64,000 bases of DNA from an uncultured virus (IMG/VR IMGVR_UViG_3300031612_000007) (IMGVR_UViG_3300031612_000007); one strand, 5' to 3'; shown: positions 45,194 through 56,030, counted from the first letter of the stretch. Numbers and translations: made by a program. Notes: generated by a model from the sequence alone, not told the origin.

Positions 45194-45580
45194 ATGGGCT
45201 TAGACCAGTATGCGTATTCCATTTCTAATCGAGTTGCCGGAACTAAACAAGTAGATATAGAAATGCCACCTAGAACTAAGAAAAAAGAACTTGCATTTTG
45301 GAGAAAATTCAACCATTTACATGGTTGGATGCAATCTCTATATTACGACAAGAAAGGTCTAGATAATCAGTTTAACTGTGCGTCTGTTCGCTTAATGCCT
45401 GCAGATTTAGATGCTCTTGAGAAGGCTTTAATAGCCAATACATTACAGCATACACCGGGGTTCTTTTTCGGTAGTGCTGAGATATATCCTGAAGATGTTA
45501 AGAACACTTTAGAGTTTATTACAGAAGCTCGAGTTGCCATTAAAGAAGGGCGTGCAGTAATCTATGATAGTTGGTGGTAA
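45194..45580 (+). CDS. Conserved phage hypothetical protein
   Basis: GGAG RBS, MGLDQY...WRK.N.LHGW...GFFFG...Y.SWW family pattern. Confidence 0.75.
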   Translation: MGLDQYAYSISNRVAGTKQVDIEMPPRTKKKELAFWRKFNHLHGWMQSLYYDKKGLDNQFNCASVRLMPADLDALEKALIANTLQHTPGFFFGSAEIYPEDVKNTLEFITEARVAIKEGRAVIYDSWW

Positions 45581-45666
45581 TCCAGGACTTATAAAAATAC
45601 TCAACCCGATATACTATTTTCATCAGAAAGTCATTTTTTGACTATATACAGCCTGCAAGGAGACAA

Positions 45667-45885
45667 ATGGCAAATAACAATAAACAATTACAACTGTTCC
45701 CCGAAATAGAACCGACAGTCGCACCACTATTTCCAACCATGGGTAGCTTACAGGATGTAATTAATTTAGCTGAAAGTAGCTTACCCATAACAAATAGAAA
45801 TGGTATTTATGCGCTATTAATGACATATCACAATACTTTATTAACAGAAGTTCAACAGCCTTCGAGAGAATATTATGAAGATTAA
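45667..45885 (+). CDS. Hypothetical protein
   Basis: AAGGAG RBS; LLMTYHNTLL. Confidence 0.65.
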   Translation: MANNNKQLQLFPEIEPTVAPLFPTMGSLQDVINLAESSLPITNRNGIYALLMTYHNTLLTEVQQPSREYYED

Positions 45886-46888
45886 TATAGAACAGGCTTT
45901 ACGCGTTATACCTACATGCATTAAATCTAGACTGGTTCCTATGTTGGTTGGTAGCCCGGGGATTGGTAAATCACATATTGCCCACCAAATAGCATTAGAA
46001 AATAATCTAAAGGTTATTGATCTACGTTTAGCGCAATGTGACCCTTGTGATATTTTAGGTTTTCCTAACATAGTTGGAGATAAAGCTGGTTACATCCCGA
46101 TGGAAACATTCCCCATAGAGGGTGATGAGCTTCCTGAAGGGCATTCAGGTTGGCTACTCTTCTTAGATGAATTCAATGCAGCTCCACCAGCTGTTCAAAG
46201 TGCAAGCTATAAACTTGTATTAGATCGTATGGTTGGCATGCACAATTTACATAGTAGAGTAGCCATCATGTGTGCAGGTAATCTAGATACTGATGGTGCT
46301 ATTGTTCAAGAAATGAGCACAGCACTGCAGTCACGGCTTATTCACTTTGAATTAACAGCAGATCCAACCACTTGGTTGAACTGGGCTATGAATAATGAAA
46401 TTGATCATCGAATTACAGATTACATTAAGTTTAAACCAGGCGATTTGTATACATTTACCCCTGACCACACAGATAAGACCTATGCCTGCCCACGTACTTG
46501 GGAATTTGTTAGTCGTTTACTACCTGATATGACTGAAGATGACCCTGATATGCTTCCAATACTATCTGGGACTCTTTCAGAGGGCGTAGCTCGTGAGTTT
46601 GTTGTATTTATGAAAATCTACGCTAGCTTACCTAAACTTTCCGAGATTCAAAAGGACCCTCAGACAGTCTTCATTCCAAAAGAGCCTAGTATCTTATTCG
46701 CATTAACTGGCTCACTTAGCCATAACATGAAAGCAGATACTGCTGATCAAATAATGTTGTATGTCTCCCGACTACCAGTTGAATTTCAAGTAGTGACATT
46801 ACGAGAGACTGTAAGGCGCAACAAAGAAATGTTAACTCACCCAGCTATACAAAAATGGGTTAATGAATCCTCAGCTAAACTATTTTAA
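45875..46888 (+). CDS. MoxR-like AAA+ ATPase (N4 gp24-like)
   Basis: GSPGIGKS, LFLDEFN, AGN, ALQSR, PRTWE. Confidence 0.9.
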   Translation: MKINIEQALRVIPTCIKSRLVPMLVGSPGIGKSHIAHQIALENNLKVIDLRLAQCDPCDILGFPNIVGDKAGYIPMETFPIEGDELPEGHSGWLLFLDEFNAAPPAVQSASYKLVLDRMVGMHNLHSRVAIMCAGNLDTDGAIVQEMSTALQSRLIHFELTADPTTWLNWAMNNEIDHRITDYIKFKPGDLYTFTPDHTDKTYACPRTWEFVSRLLPDMTEDDPDMLPILSGTLSEGVAREFVVFMKIYASLPKLSEIQKDPQTVFIPKEPSILFALTGSLSHNMKADTADQIMLYVSRLPVEFQVVTLRETVRRNKEMLTHPAIQKWVNESSAKLF

Positions 46889-46897
46889 GGAAGACTA

Positions 46898-47392
46898 ATG
46901 GGTGATCGTTGTATTGCAGATCTAGTAATACTAGAACCACATAAAAAGAAGGTAATTGAAATAATTAATAAATATGCAGATTTTAGTTTAGACCGTCGCC
47001 CCATTACAGAAAAAATGTCTTCTAGAGAAGATGGTATTTCTCTTATATGTTTCTATTTTGATGATGTAAATTATGGACACTTAGACTTCTTACAAGACCT
47101 CCCAAATAAAGGTATACCTTATGATTATAGTTGGGGACAAGGTGATGAGTATGACCCAGGGAATGGGTATTGTCGGTATCTTGAAGATGGGACTTTATTC
47201 GAGAGAGTAATCTCAAGTGAAGATGTTAACCCACCTATGTCCTCACTTATAGAGCTTATTGATAAACCATTCGCATTAGCCGAGTATGTCAAAAATCATG
47301 CTAACTGGATGAAGATTCCTTCATGGAAGAACCAAGATACATATGCAGATAAGTTTCGTACTTTACAACTAATAACTGAAAATAAAGGCTAA
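46898..47392 (+). CDS. Hypothetical protein
   Basis: 164 aa, AAGGA RBS. Confidence 0.6.
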   Translation: MGDRCIADLVILEPHKKKVIEIINKYADFSLDRRPITEKMSSREDGISLICFYFDDVNYGHLDFLQDLPNKGIPYDYSWGQGDEYDPGNGYCRYLEDGTLFERVISSEDVNPPMSSLIELIDKPFALAEYVKNHANWMKIPSWKNQDTYADKFRTLQLITENKG

Positions 47393-47397
47393 GACCT

Positions 47398-48528
47398 ATG
47401 GATTCACTACGAATAGTTGAAGCTAATGATGCACTTGATAAATCTAAAATAAGTTTAATGAGTAGAACAGACTCTGCTTTCTTTACTAGACTTTGTTTTA
47501 GTATGAAGCATACATGGACAGATGACCTTCCTACAGCAGCTTGTGATGGTAAGACAATATTCTGGAATCCAGATTTCTTCTTAGGTCTTGCTAATGCTGA
47601 AGAACGTATATTTATAATGCTGCACGAAACTATGCATGCAGCCTACTTACATATGGACCCAGTACGTCTGAATGGTCGTTGCCCAGATCGCTGGAATATC
47701 GCAGCAGATCATGTTATTAATTTACAACTAATTGAGCGTGGCTTCACAATGCCTACTGGTAATAATAAAGGAGTGGCCGACTCAATTTATAAAGATATGT
47801 GTACTGAAGATGTATATGCTAAGTTACCTAAAAATCCAGGTAAACCTACTATGGTAGATCTATTGACACCAAGTGGGGATACTGAAGAGCTTAGAAAATT
47901 AGTACAAGACAATTTAATCCAAGCATCAATTCAATCTAGGATATCTCATGATAAGGCAGGAACTATTCCAGGAGAAATACAAATTTTCCTACGGGAATTA
48001 CTTACTCCAGAATTACCTTGGACTCGTCTATTGCAAAAGTATTTACAAAACTTTGCTAAGAATGATTATTCATTCAAAAGACCGAATCGAAGATTTTTCC
48101 CTAAGTTTTACTTACCAAGTATGCTAAGTGAAAGTCTAATTGATCTGTGTATCGCAGTCGACACCTCTGGGTCAGTATCAGATACAGATTTTCTACGATT
48201 TATCTCTGAAATACATGGAGTATTTAAGATGATGAAACCTAAGAAAATTACCCTAATACAGTTTGATTCAGAAATCAAAGATGTAACCGAAGTGTCCAGT
48301 ATAAAGGACTTAATGGATGTTAAGTTTGCTGGACGAGGTGGAACAGTAGTAAGTCCTGTACTGAAGTGGGCTAAAGAGAATAAACCCCAGCTATTGTTAG
48401 TTTTCACAGATGGTGAATTCAACTTCCCTAGAACAGAGATAGAACTGAAAAGTAAAGTTATATGGCTCATCCATAATAACAAACAATTTAAAGCACCAAT
48501 AGGAGAAACAATACATTACAGCATTTAA
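47398..48528 (+). CDS. Metallopeptidase plus vWA domain protein (N4 gp25-like)
   Basis: HETMH, WNIAAD..IN, MIDAS DTSGS, GRGGT, FTDG. Confidence 0.9.
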   Translation: MDSLRIVEANDALDKSKISLMSRTDSAFFTRLCFSMKHTWTDDLPTAACDGKTIFWNPDFFLGLANAEERIFIMLHETMHAAYLHMDPVRLNGRCPDRWNIAADHVINLQLIERGFTMPTGNNKGVADSIYKDMCTEDVYAKLPKNPGKPTMVDLLTPSGDTEELRKLVQDNLIQASIQSRISHDKAGTIPGEIQIFLRELLTPELPWTRLLQKYLQNFAKNDYSFKRPNRRFFPKFYLPSMLSESLIDLCIAVDTSGSVSDTDFLRFISEIHGVFKMMKPKKITLIQFDSEIKDVTEVSSIKDLMDVKFAGRGGTVVSPVLKWAKENKPQLLLVFTDGEFNFPRTEIELKSKVIWLIHNNKQFKAPIGETIHYSI

Positions 48529-48539
48529 TAAGGATAGGA

Positions 48540-48773
48540 ATGATGAAATTTCTTGATTTGAAAAATAAAGCAGATGAGAAAATATGGTTAAAAATAATTG
48601 ATGAAGGACATAGTGCAAACTTACATAGGTGCCCATACGATCAAGACTTTGAGGCATCTAAAGCATGCCCAAAGTACGAAAAATATGGAGATACATTAGA
48701 GCGTGAGTGTCAATTCGTTCTTATTACTAATTCTAAATGTTTTTGTGAATTACAACCAAGCACTAAAGGATGA
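48540..48773 (+). CDS. Hypothetical Cys-containing protein
   Basis: 77 aa, RBS present. Confidence 0.5.
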   Translation: MMKFLDLKNKADEKIWLKIIDEGHSANLHRCPYDQDFEASKACPKYEKYGDTLERECQFVLITNSKCFCELQPSTKG

Positions 48774-49120
48774 CTATGAATATTAAAAAAGACTTTTTAA
48801 ATGCAAAGAAGGAATTAAAATCTAATAGGCGGGACCAGAACTATATGACCATAGCATGGGGATATAGTACAGAGCTAATCCTTCCCTATGACGATGCACT
48901 TAAACTCTTAAGCTGCTTAGAGTATGCAGAAGAGTTCACTGGTGAGTATGGGAACAAGAGAATTACATCTTTAAGCAGCGACGCTATTAAAGTAGCTCGT
49001 TTACCTCGTATAGAATATGAAAATCATAAAATAGCAGCTTTACTTAATGTTAACTACACAGACATACAAGACCATATCAATGACGTAACTCTAGCAGAGA
49101 GTGTGAAATGCAGAACATAA
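48770..49120 (+). CDS. Hypothetical protein
   Basis: 116 aa, overlaps both neighbours. Confidence 0.6.
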   Translation: MTMNIKKDFLNAKKELKSNRRDQNYMTIAWGYSTELILPYDDALKLLSCLEYAEEFTGEYGNKRITSLSSDAIKVARLPRIEYENHKIAALLNVNYTDIQDHINDVTLAESVKCRT

Positions 49121-50424
49121 CTCTAACTACTGACCAAGAAGCCGCACTCTCCGCTATTAATGCATTCTTACTCGACCCTATTGAGACAGTATTCGTATTA
49201 CGAGGATATTCTGGTTGTGGTAAATCTACTTTAGTTCGTGAAGTAGTCAAGGGAATGCCTGCTTTCCTACAATCAAACAAGTTAATCCATCCGGCTCTTA
49301 AAGAATATGAGCTAATGCTCACCGCGACTACAAATAAAGCAGCTGAGAATTTAGCATCTATTACTGGAATGGACGTTAGAACAATTCATGCATTCCTAGG
49401 ATTACGTGTACATACTGATTATAGAAATAATACTACCCAGCTAATTCCTGCTACTGGAGAGATATTACATGACTATTTAATATTCATTGATGAGGCTAGC
49501 TATATAGATAGTCAGCTCTTAGAGCTTATTTTTAAGAAACTAAGAGATTGTAAAATCATTTTCGTTGGTGATCCTGCACAGCTAGTACAAGTAAAAGCTA
49601 AGGATGCTCCTGCATTTAAAATTAACTATGCTGGTGCAGCACTAACTCAAGTAGTACGCCAAGCCAAAGATAACCCTATCATTGATTTATCTGTCAAGTT
49701 TCGTAGAACAGTAAACACAGGTGAATTTTTCCAATTTGTTCCTGATGGGGAGTATATTCAACACTTAAGTCGTACAGATTTCATACAAAAAGTTATAAGC
49801 GAAGTTAGTAAACCTGAGTGGGAATATACACATTCAAAGGTACTTACTTGGACCAATAAATGTGCAATTACCTTTAATGACCTTATTCGTGCGAGTACTA
49901 AAGGAAACCACCGTTTTCATCCTGGAGAATATGCCCTCTGTAATTCATATACAGAAACAATTGTAGCAAACAGTACAAATCTATCAGGTACTGGACGGAG
50001 GAGCGTTAAAAAACAAGGTATTAGAGCTGATTCATTAGTACAAATTCTAAAAATTTCTAAGGATCATGACCGGCATGATGTACCGGGCAATATGTTTACT
50101 CTAAAAGCACATGATGCAGCTGACGCTTTTGCTATATTTATGCCACATAAAAGAGAAGACCGAGCTGCTCGCATTAAATTAGCTAGAGCAGATGGCAGTA
50201 AACAATCTATGGACGTTATAGAAGAAATTGGGAGGCACTGGATAGATTTACGTGCGGCTTATGCACAAACAATCAATAAATCCCAAGGCTCTACTTATGA
50301 TCAAGTATTCATTGATCTTGATGATGTTTCTAAATGTCGTAATCCTAACCAACTAGCTAGGATGTTATATGTTGCAGTATCAAGGGCGAGAACTAGAGTA
50401 TATTTCACTGGAGATTTCAAATGA
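49108..50424 (+). CDS. Dda/RecD-like SF1 DNA helicase (N4 gp37-like)
   Basis: GYSGCGKS, IDEAS, VGDPAQL, VRQ, TINKSQGST, YVAVSRA. Confidence 0.93.
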   Translation: MQNITLTTDQEAALSAINAFLLDPIETVFVLRGYSGCGKSTLVREVVKGMPAFLQSNKLIHPALKEYELMLTATTNKAAENLASITGMDVRTIHAFLGLRVHTDYRNNTTQLIPATGEILHDYLIFIDEASYIDSQLLELIFKKLRDCKIIFVGDPAQLVQVKAKDAPAFKINYAGAALTQVVRQAKDNPIIDLSVKFRRTVNTGEFFQFVPDGEYIQHLSRTDFIQKVISEVSKPEWEYTHSKVLTWTNKCAITFNDLIRASTKGNHRFHPGEYALCNSYTETIVANSTNLSGTGRRSVKKQGIRADSLVQILKISKDHDRHDVPGNMFTLKAHDAADAFAIFMPHKREDRAARIKLARADGSKQSMDVIEEIGRHWIDLRAAYAQTINKSQGSTYDQVFIDLDDVSKCRNPNQLARMLYVAVSRARTRVYFTGDFK

Positions 50425-50948
50425 GACAACCAAATCCACATGCAAAACAATTAATAAGAAATGATATTTTAAGCCATTTATATGAGGTCCCTTTTGAAAA
50501 AAGTGTAGAAGAATTAAAAGCCCTTATTATACGTAATACCCTTATTGGGCAACATTTACATAAATCTTTTACATATAAAGATTCATTATATTCCTGTGTT
50601 ACAGCTCCACCACCTAGAGTAAAGAACCGGCTACTACCAGCAATACGTCCAGATATGGAGATATATTTAGATAATAGGGATGCTTTGATAGAGGAAAAAA
50701 ATGCTGTTTCTGGATTCCTTACTCGTATGCTTAATGCAACAGAGACACTAGAAGATTACCTAGCTGTATTACCTGAAACACTGCATGAAAGGTTAGGAAA
50801 GACTATTGAATCTTTATATACATCATGGCCACCATTTAGAGATTCCCCTAAGAGATTCTCAAATGATGAATTAATGCTTTTTAAACAAAATAACCAAACA
50901 TACAGCGATTTAATGAAGAATCGTATGGTTGTTAATCTAATAATATAG
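50421..50948 (+). CDS. N4 gp38-like hypothetical protein
   Basis: Between helicase and polymerase; ATGA-coupled. Confidence 0.6.
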   Translation: MRQPNPHAKQLIRNDILSHLYEVPFEKSVEELKALIIRNTLIGQHLHKSFTYKDSLYSCVTAPPPRVKNRLLPAIRPDMEIYLDNRDALIEEKNAVSGFLTRMLNATETLEDYLAVLPETLHERLGKTIESLYTSWPPFRDSPKRFSNDELMLFKQNNQTYSDLMKNRMVVNLII

Positions 50949-50958
50949 GAGGACTTAA

Positions 50959-51411
50959 ATGGGGTACCGATCACAAATAGCTATAGCCGTAGATAAACAT
51001 ATCATTACTCAAGACCTTATTCACCCGCTCATTCCCCCAGTACTTCGATTTGAAGAAGAACGTAGGATAACGAACGCAGGTTGTTTTTGGGTTCTTGAGG
51101 ATTGGAAATGGTATGACAGTGACTCTGATGTTAGGGACATTTTAAGATTCTTTGACGAGATGGATGATATGCCTAGATTTACATATAAGATAGAGAGAAC
51201 TCATCTTGTCAAACACCATAACGACAAAGGCACGCCTAGTGACTTAGTTGAATATACACAAGCTGCTTATGGAGCGATCCGTATAGGTGAAGATAACGAC
51301 GATAGTGACTACTGGGGCTCCCCAGGAGAGTTTGAGATATATACGGACCGTAGACTTGTTACTCCATATTATTCAAACGACGATAATCCTGATGGCATTT
51401 TATTTGTATAA
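50959..51411 (+). CDS. Hypothetical phage protein
   Basis: AGGAGG RBS; MGYRS...W.KWY...RIGED..D pattern. Confidence 0.65.
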   Translation: MGYRSQIAIAVDKHIITQDLIHPLIPPVLRFEEERRITNAGCFWVLEDWKWYDSDSDVRDILRFFDEMDDMPRFTYKIERTHLVKHHNDKGTPSDLVEYTQAAYGAIRIGEDNDDSDYWGSPGEFEIYTDRRLVTPYYSNDDNPDGILFV

Positions 51412-51429
51412 AACAAGGTAAAATTTATT

Positions 51430-51927
51430 ATGCACAGTCTTACACAAGAAGAATTAAAAAGAATAATGGAATTTGACCATGTTACTGGTATTTTCACTTG
51501 GTCAGGTGCTGCTAAAAATAAAATGCGAGCTGGAAGTAGAGCTGGGACTAGTAATACTACTGGCTATATTTGTATTATGATATATGGCAAGCACTATCGA
51601 GCACACCGATTAGCCTGGTTATGGGAATACGGAGAGTTTCCCGCAAAGGAAACAGACCATATAAACGGAATCCGTAATGATAACCGTATAGCTAACCTTA
51701 GACAGGCAACTCACCATGAGAATATGCAGAATCAACGAAAGATGCATAAGAATAACTGCTCAGGGTATCTCGGAGTTTATCCTTCAGGCTATATGAAGAA
51801 ACCTTGGAGAGTTACCATAAGTGTAGACAATAAAACAAAACATGTAGGGCATTTTGTAGGTAAAGAGGAAGCACGCGATGCTTATATCGAGGCTAAAAGG
51901 ATGTATCATAAATTCTGCACCATATAG
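51430..51927 (+). mobile_element. Free-standing HNH homing endonuclease (HNH plus AP2-like domain)
   Basis: AHRLAW, DHING.R.DNRI.NLR...N..N, SGYLGV, HVG.F....EA..AY. Confidence 0.9.
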
Positions 51928-51951
51928 CCACCCATATAAGGAGCTATCACT

Positions 51952-54576
51952 TTGAAACACCATATATTTAAAAAGTCAACCAATAACAATTACCCAATTG
52001 CAGTATTAATAAAAAATACTTCATTCAATAAGAAAGAATTACAAGATAACTACATCACAGCATTAAACCAACAGAACATACCTAGTGATACCATCATTGC
52101 ATTTACACTTGATTACAATGATACGAATAAAGCACCTGTTAAGTTTATCAAGAATTACTTGGCTAAACTACTACCGGCCCTTGATTCTCTAGGTACTAAG
52201 ACTTTATATGTAGCTGACTCAGCTTACTTTAAGGTCTTAGTTGGAAAGTCAAAGGCTGAAACTAGTTTTGGTTATGTACTCCGATGCAATATTAAAAACT
52301 TTGAACATATAAGTGTAGTGCTAGGTTTGAATCATCAGGCATTAATTTATAATCCTCAATTAAATTCAAAACTATCCCTAAGTTTAAAAACCCTAGTTGA
52401 TCATGTAACTGGGTTCTATAATCCTCCAGGATTAGACATTATTCACTCGGCTTCATACCCAAGGGACCCTGAGGCGATCTCTGCTGCGCTTGCAGCGCTG
52501 CATCGTCACCCAAGTCTTACTTGTGACATTGAAGGCTTCTCACTGCGTTTTAACGAGGCTGGTGTAGGTACCATTGCTTTTGCTTGGAATGAGCACAACG
52601 GGATTGCATTCTGTTGTGATTATCAGGATGGCTCCTTTCAACCGAATGAAGCGATAAGAAAATTACTACTAGAATTCTTTGTTACCTATAAAGGTGAGCT
52701 AACTTTTCATCATGCTCCTTATGATGTGAAAGTATTAATCTATACCTTATGGATGCAAGACTTACTAGATACCCGTGGCTTACTAGCCGGGTTAGATGTA
52801 ATGACCAAGCGTATGCATGATACTAGAATTATTACTTACCTAGCTATTAACTCCACAGCGGGGAACACTTTAGGATTAAAGTACCTGGCTCATGAGTTTG
52901 CAGGTAACTGGGCTGTAGAGGATATAAAAGATATCCGCCTTATCCCTGAAGATATACTACTTAAATACAATTTAATAGATGCCTTATCCACACATTATGT
53001 TCGTAATAAGTATGAACCAATAATGGAGAAGGATAACCAAGGGGATCTATATCGAGGACTAATGTTAGATAGTCTAAAACTGATTATTCAGTTAGAACTA
53101 ACAGGCATGCCAATGTCCCGAAGTAAGATACAAAGAGTTAAAGCTAAGCTTGAAAAGATCCAGAAAGTTCAGCTAGATATCATTCAGAAAAACATTGTTG
53201 TCCACGAAGTGAATCATATTATACGTGACAGAGCAATGGTATCTGCCAATATGAAGCTTAAAGTTAAGCAGCACCCAATAGAAAAATTTGCAGACCTAAG
53301 CTTCAACCCTAACTCTAGTTCTCAATTGCAGATTCTTCTATATGATCAAATGTGGTTGCCAATAATAGACACAACAGAAAGTGGAGCGCCTGCTACCGGT
53401 GCTGAAACAATAGAGAAACTAATCAACCATACAGATGTCTCTGAATATAAAGAATTGCTTACTGCAATAATTGCCTATGGTGGAGTAGGTACAATGTTAT
53501 CTACATTTATTCCAGCATTTGAGAAAGCAATTTCTAAGGATGAGAGCGACACAGTATGGTTACATGGCTCACTTAATCTTGGTGGAACTGTATCTGGAAG
53601 ATTATCTTCTAGTAATCCAAACTTAACCAATCTACCTTCTGGTTCAACATATGGTAAATTAGTTAAGAGCTGTTTTAAAACGCCCACTGGCATAATAATG
53701 GTCGGTGCTGATTTTAATAGCCTAGAAATGATGATAGATGCACTTACTACTCAGGACCCAAATAAACTCCGTGTATACGAAAGTGGTATGGACTCTCATG
53801 CATTTAATGCTTCAGTTTACTGGCCTGAGAAAATGCCTGTAATCGTTAAAGCTATGCAAGCTGCAACTACACCTACAGAATATGCTAAAGCAGTTAATCG
53901 TGTAAAGAAGGAATTCCCTGAATTACGCCAACGATCAAAGACTGTATCTTTTGCTCTCCAGTATGCAGGCACAGCTCACACCTTAGTCAAGAACTCCGGT
54001 TTCTCTAGGGAAGAGGCAAACAAAATCTACAATAACTATCACGAAACTTACTCAACTTCTAGAGAGTATTCCAAAGTTAAAGTTAAGCAGGCATCTAAAG
54101 ATGGTTATGTCACCGTAGCTTTTGGATTACGTGTTCGTACTCCTCTACTTGCACAAGTTGTCTACGGTGCTCCTAAAGTACCCTATAAAGCAGCAGCTGA
54201 AGCTAGGACTACAGGTAATTCATTATCTCAGTCCTACGGCTTACTCAATAATAGAGCTGCAGTTGCTTTCATGAAGAAAGTATGGAAATCTAAGTATCGC
54301 TATAACATATTACCAATTAGCTTAATACATGATGCATGCTACTTCTTGATTAAAGATGATGTTGAAGTACTTGAGTGGGTAAACCAAGAGTTAATAACAG
54401 CTATGCAATGGCAAGACTTACCTGAGCTAAAGCATGATGAAGTAAAGCTAGGCGCAAACCTTGATGTTTTCTATAAAGGGTGGCACCAGCCAATTACGTT
54501 ACCTAATGTATCCACTGCACAGGAAATACAGAAGCTAGCCAGGGAAACCCAGAAAATCTACGATGATAAAACATAA
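51952..54576 (+). CDS. Family A DNA polymerase (N4 gp39-like)
   Basis: Exonuclease DIE, SGRLSS.NPNL, ADFNSLE, RQRSKTVSFALQY, IHDA; TTG start after AAGGAG. Confidence 0.95.
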   Translation: MKHHIFKKSTNNNYPIAVLIKNTSFNKKELQDNYITALNQQNIPSDTIIAFTLDYNDTNKAPVKFIKNYLAKLLPALDSLGTKTLYVADSAYFKVLVGKSKAETSFGYVLRCNIKNFEHISVVLGLNHQALIYNPQLNSKLSLSLKTLVDHVTGFYNPPGLDIIHSASYPRDPEAISAALAALHRHPSLTCDIEGFSLRFNEAGVGTIAFAWNEHNGIAFCCDYQDGSFQPNEAIRKLLLEFFVTYKGELTFHHAPYDVKVLIYTLWMQDLLDTRGLLAGLDVMTKRMHDTRIITYLAINSTAGNTLGLKYLAHEFAGNWAVEDIKDIRLIPEDILLKYNLIDALSTHYVRNKYEPIMEKDNQGDLYRGLMLDSLKLIIQLELTGMPMSRSKIQRVKAKLEKIQKVQLDIIQKNIVVHEVNHIIRDRAMVSANMKLKVKQHPIEKFADLSFNPNSSSQLQILLYDQMWLPIIDTTESGAPATGAETIEKLINHTDVSEYKELLTAIIAYGGVGTMLSTFIPAFEKAISKDESDTVWLHGSLNLGGTVSGRLSSSNPNLTNLPSGSTYGKLVKSCFKTPTGIIMVGADFNSLEMMIDALTTQDPNKLRVYESGMDSHAFNASVYWPEKMPVIVKAMQAATTPTEYAKAVNRVKKEFPELRQRSKTVSFALQYAGTAHTLVKNSGFSREEANKIYNNYHETYSTSREYSKVKVKQASKDGYVTVAFGLRVRTPLLAQVVYGAPKVPYKAAAEARTTGNSLSQSYGLLNNRAAVAFMKKVWKSKYRYNILPISLIHDACYFLIKDDVEVLEWVNQELITAMQWQDLPELKHDEVKLGANLDVFYKGWHQPITLPNVSTAQEIQKLARETQKIYDDKT

Positions 54577-54586
54577 GGAATTTCAG

Positions 54587-54964
54587 ATGAGTAAAGAAGC
54601 TTGGCAAGAAAGTAGTGATGAAGATGCACATGAATATAACAGACAAGAAGAGTGGATGGAGCAGCGACAAAGGGAGCAAGATGTACAAGAAGATCTAGAA
54701 CTTGGTCTCATGACCAATACCCATGATGACGCTATAAACCACCCAAAGCACTACACAAATTCTAGAGCCAGATGCCCTGATTGCAATGCTACAGTAGAAT
54801 GTATCACAGTAGCTAAGCATATGGGATTCTGTCTAGGTAATGTCCTTAAGTACGTTTGGAGGGCAGGCGAGAAGGGCGATGCCATAGAAGATTTAAAAAA
54901 AGCAGCTTGGTATCTCCAGTGTGAGATTGATAAACGATGCACATCTTATGGGAAACCAAAATGA
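54587..54964 (+). CDS. DUF3310-family protein
   Basis: INHPKHY...ECI...GFCLGNVLKYVWRAG.K...EDLKKA.WYL; start uncertain (54563 or 54587). Confidence 0.85.
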   Translation: MSKEAWQESSDEDAHEYNRQEEWMEQRQREQDVQEDLELGLMTNTHDDAINHPKHYTNSRARCPDCNATVECITVAKHMGFCLGNVLKYVWRAGEKGDAIEDLKKAAWYLQCEIDKRCTSYGKPK

Positions 54965-55058
54965 AAATAGTAATAGAGCTTATATTTTTCTTAGGCGTAG
55001 TTTACGCCACATATCTTCTTTTTACCACAGGTACGATTCTAATTACAGGAGGAACAGA

Positions 55059-55303
55059 GTGAACAAAATAGTTGAGAGTATTGCGACGGTTTGTGCTGGA
55101 ATTGCAGCGGCTGCAGTAATTATCGGTGTATTCATAATACAGTGTGTATTAGCAGTAATACCAGTAGCAATAGGTATCTACGTAATTCTATGGTTTCTAG
55201 GGAAAGCGTAATGAAAGATCAAAGAAAGATAAGTGCCATTATAGCTATTGCTTTAGTGGCGGTTTTATCACTTATATCATTACTTTTTTGTTTAACTACT
55301 TAA
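55059..55303 (+). CDS. Two small hydrophobic ORFs (55059-55211, 55211-55303)
   Basis: AGGAGG RBS, transmembrane-like runs, TAATG coupling. Confidence 0.45.
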
Positions 55304-55320
55304 GAGATTGAGAGGTCAGA

Positions 55321-55617
55321 ATGAAAAAACTTATAACTTTAACAATATTAATTATATTTATGTTTTGTTGGACACAAAGCTATGCAGATAGTAATCCATA
55401 CAGCGCTGCTAATAACCCTTACAGTGCCCAGAATAATCCATATAGCACTAATAACAACCAGTACAGCTCTGAGAATAATCGCTACAATACAAATAGTACC
55501 AGAATAATTCGTAATGGCTCCGGTGAAGCTATGGGGTATGCAGTACCTAGATCCGACGGTGGTACTAACTATTATAGTTATGATGGCGGGTACATAGGCT
55601 ACCAATCTCCTGAGTAA
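55321..55617 (+). CDS. Secreted protein with NNPYS heptad repeats
   Basis: Signal peptide MKKLITL...SYA; five 7-aa repeats. Confidence 0.7.
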   Translation: MKKLITLTILIIFMFCWTQSYADSNPYSAANNPYSAQNNPYSTNNNQYSSENNRYNTNSTRIIRNGSGEAMGYAVPRSDGGTNYYSYDGGYIGYQSPE

Positions 55618-55749
55618 TCTCTTAGTGTGTTAATATTTGCCTAAGACCCATGGAACAATAAAGGAGGTGATCCTATCTATGCCTTATCTAGAAGCCTTAA
55701 AAAGTTTTTGGTATAAGTTCCTTTCATTGGTAACAAAAGGAGAATCAAA

Positions 55750-55935
55750 GTGAAACGAACACCAGTATTCTTAACAGGAATAGCTTTCTTTATTCTATCT
55801 TTTATATGGTTCTCAAGCGCATCCATAGCAGATACACACAAAGTATGCCATGTAGCTTCAGCAGGCTGCAACAAGGTAGAGTGTATTAATAAAGATTGTA
55901 GCTCAAGTTGTAAATCCCATTGCAAACATGAATAA
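55750..55935 (+). CDS. Small secreted Cys-rich protein
   Basis: AAGGAG RBS, signal-like N-terminus ending ASIA, six Cys. Confidence 0.5.
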   Translation: MKRTPVFLTGIAFFILSFIWFSSASIADTHKVCHVASAGCNKVECINKDCSSSCKSHCKHE

Positions 55936-55946
55936 AGGAGATTCAC

Positions 55947-56030
55947 ATGCCCCAAGGTCCAGGAACTTACAAAAACCCAGGAAGACCCCGTACTAAATCT
56001 AAAACTAAAAAGAAGAAGTGCTTTAGGTAA
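55947..56030 (+). CDS. 27-aa basic peptide with AT-hook-like PGRPR
   Basis: AAGGAG RBS; MPQGPGTYKNPGRPRTKSKTKKKKCFR; TAATG-coupled to the next ORF. Confidence 0.6.
   Translation: MPQGPGTYKNPGRPRTKSKTKKKKCFR

Noticed and set aside
45875..48528. MoxR AAA plus vWA-metallopeptidase as a novel system
   Set aside because: This pair is conserved in N4-like phages.
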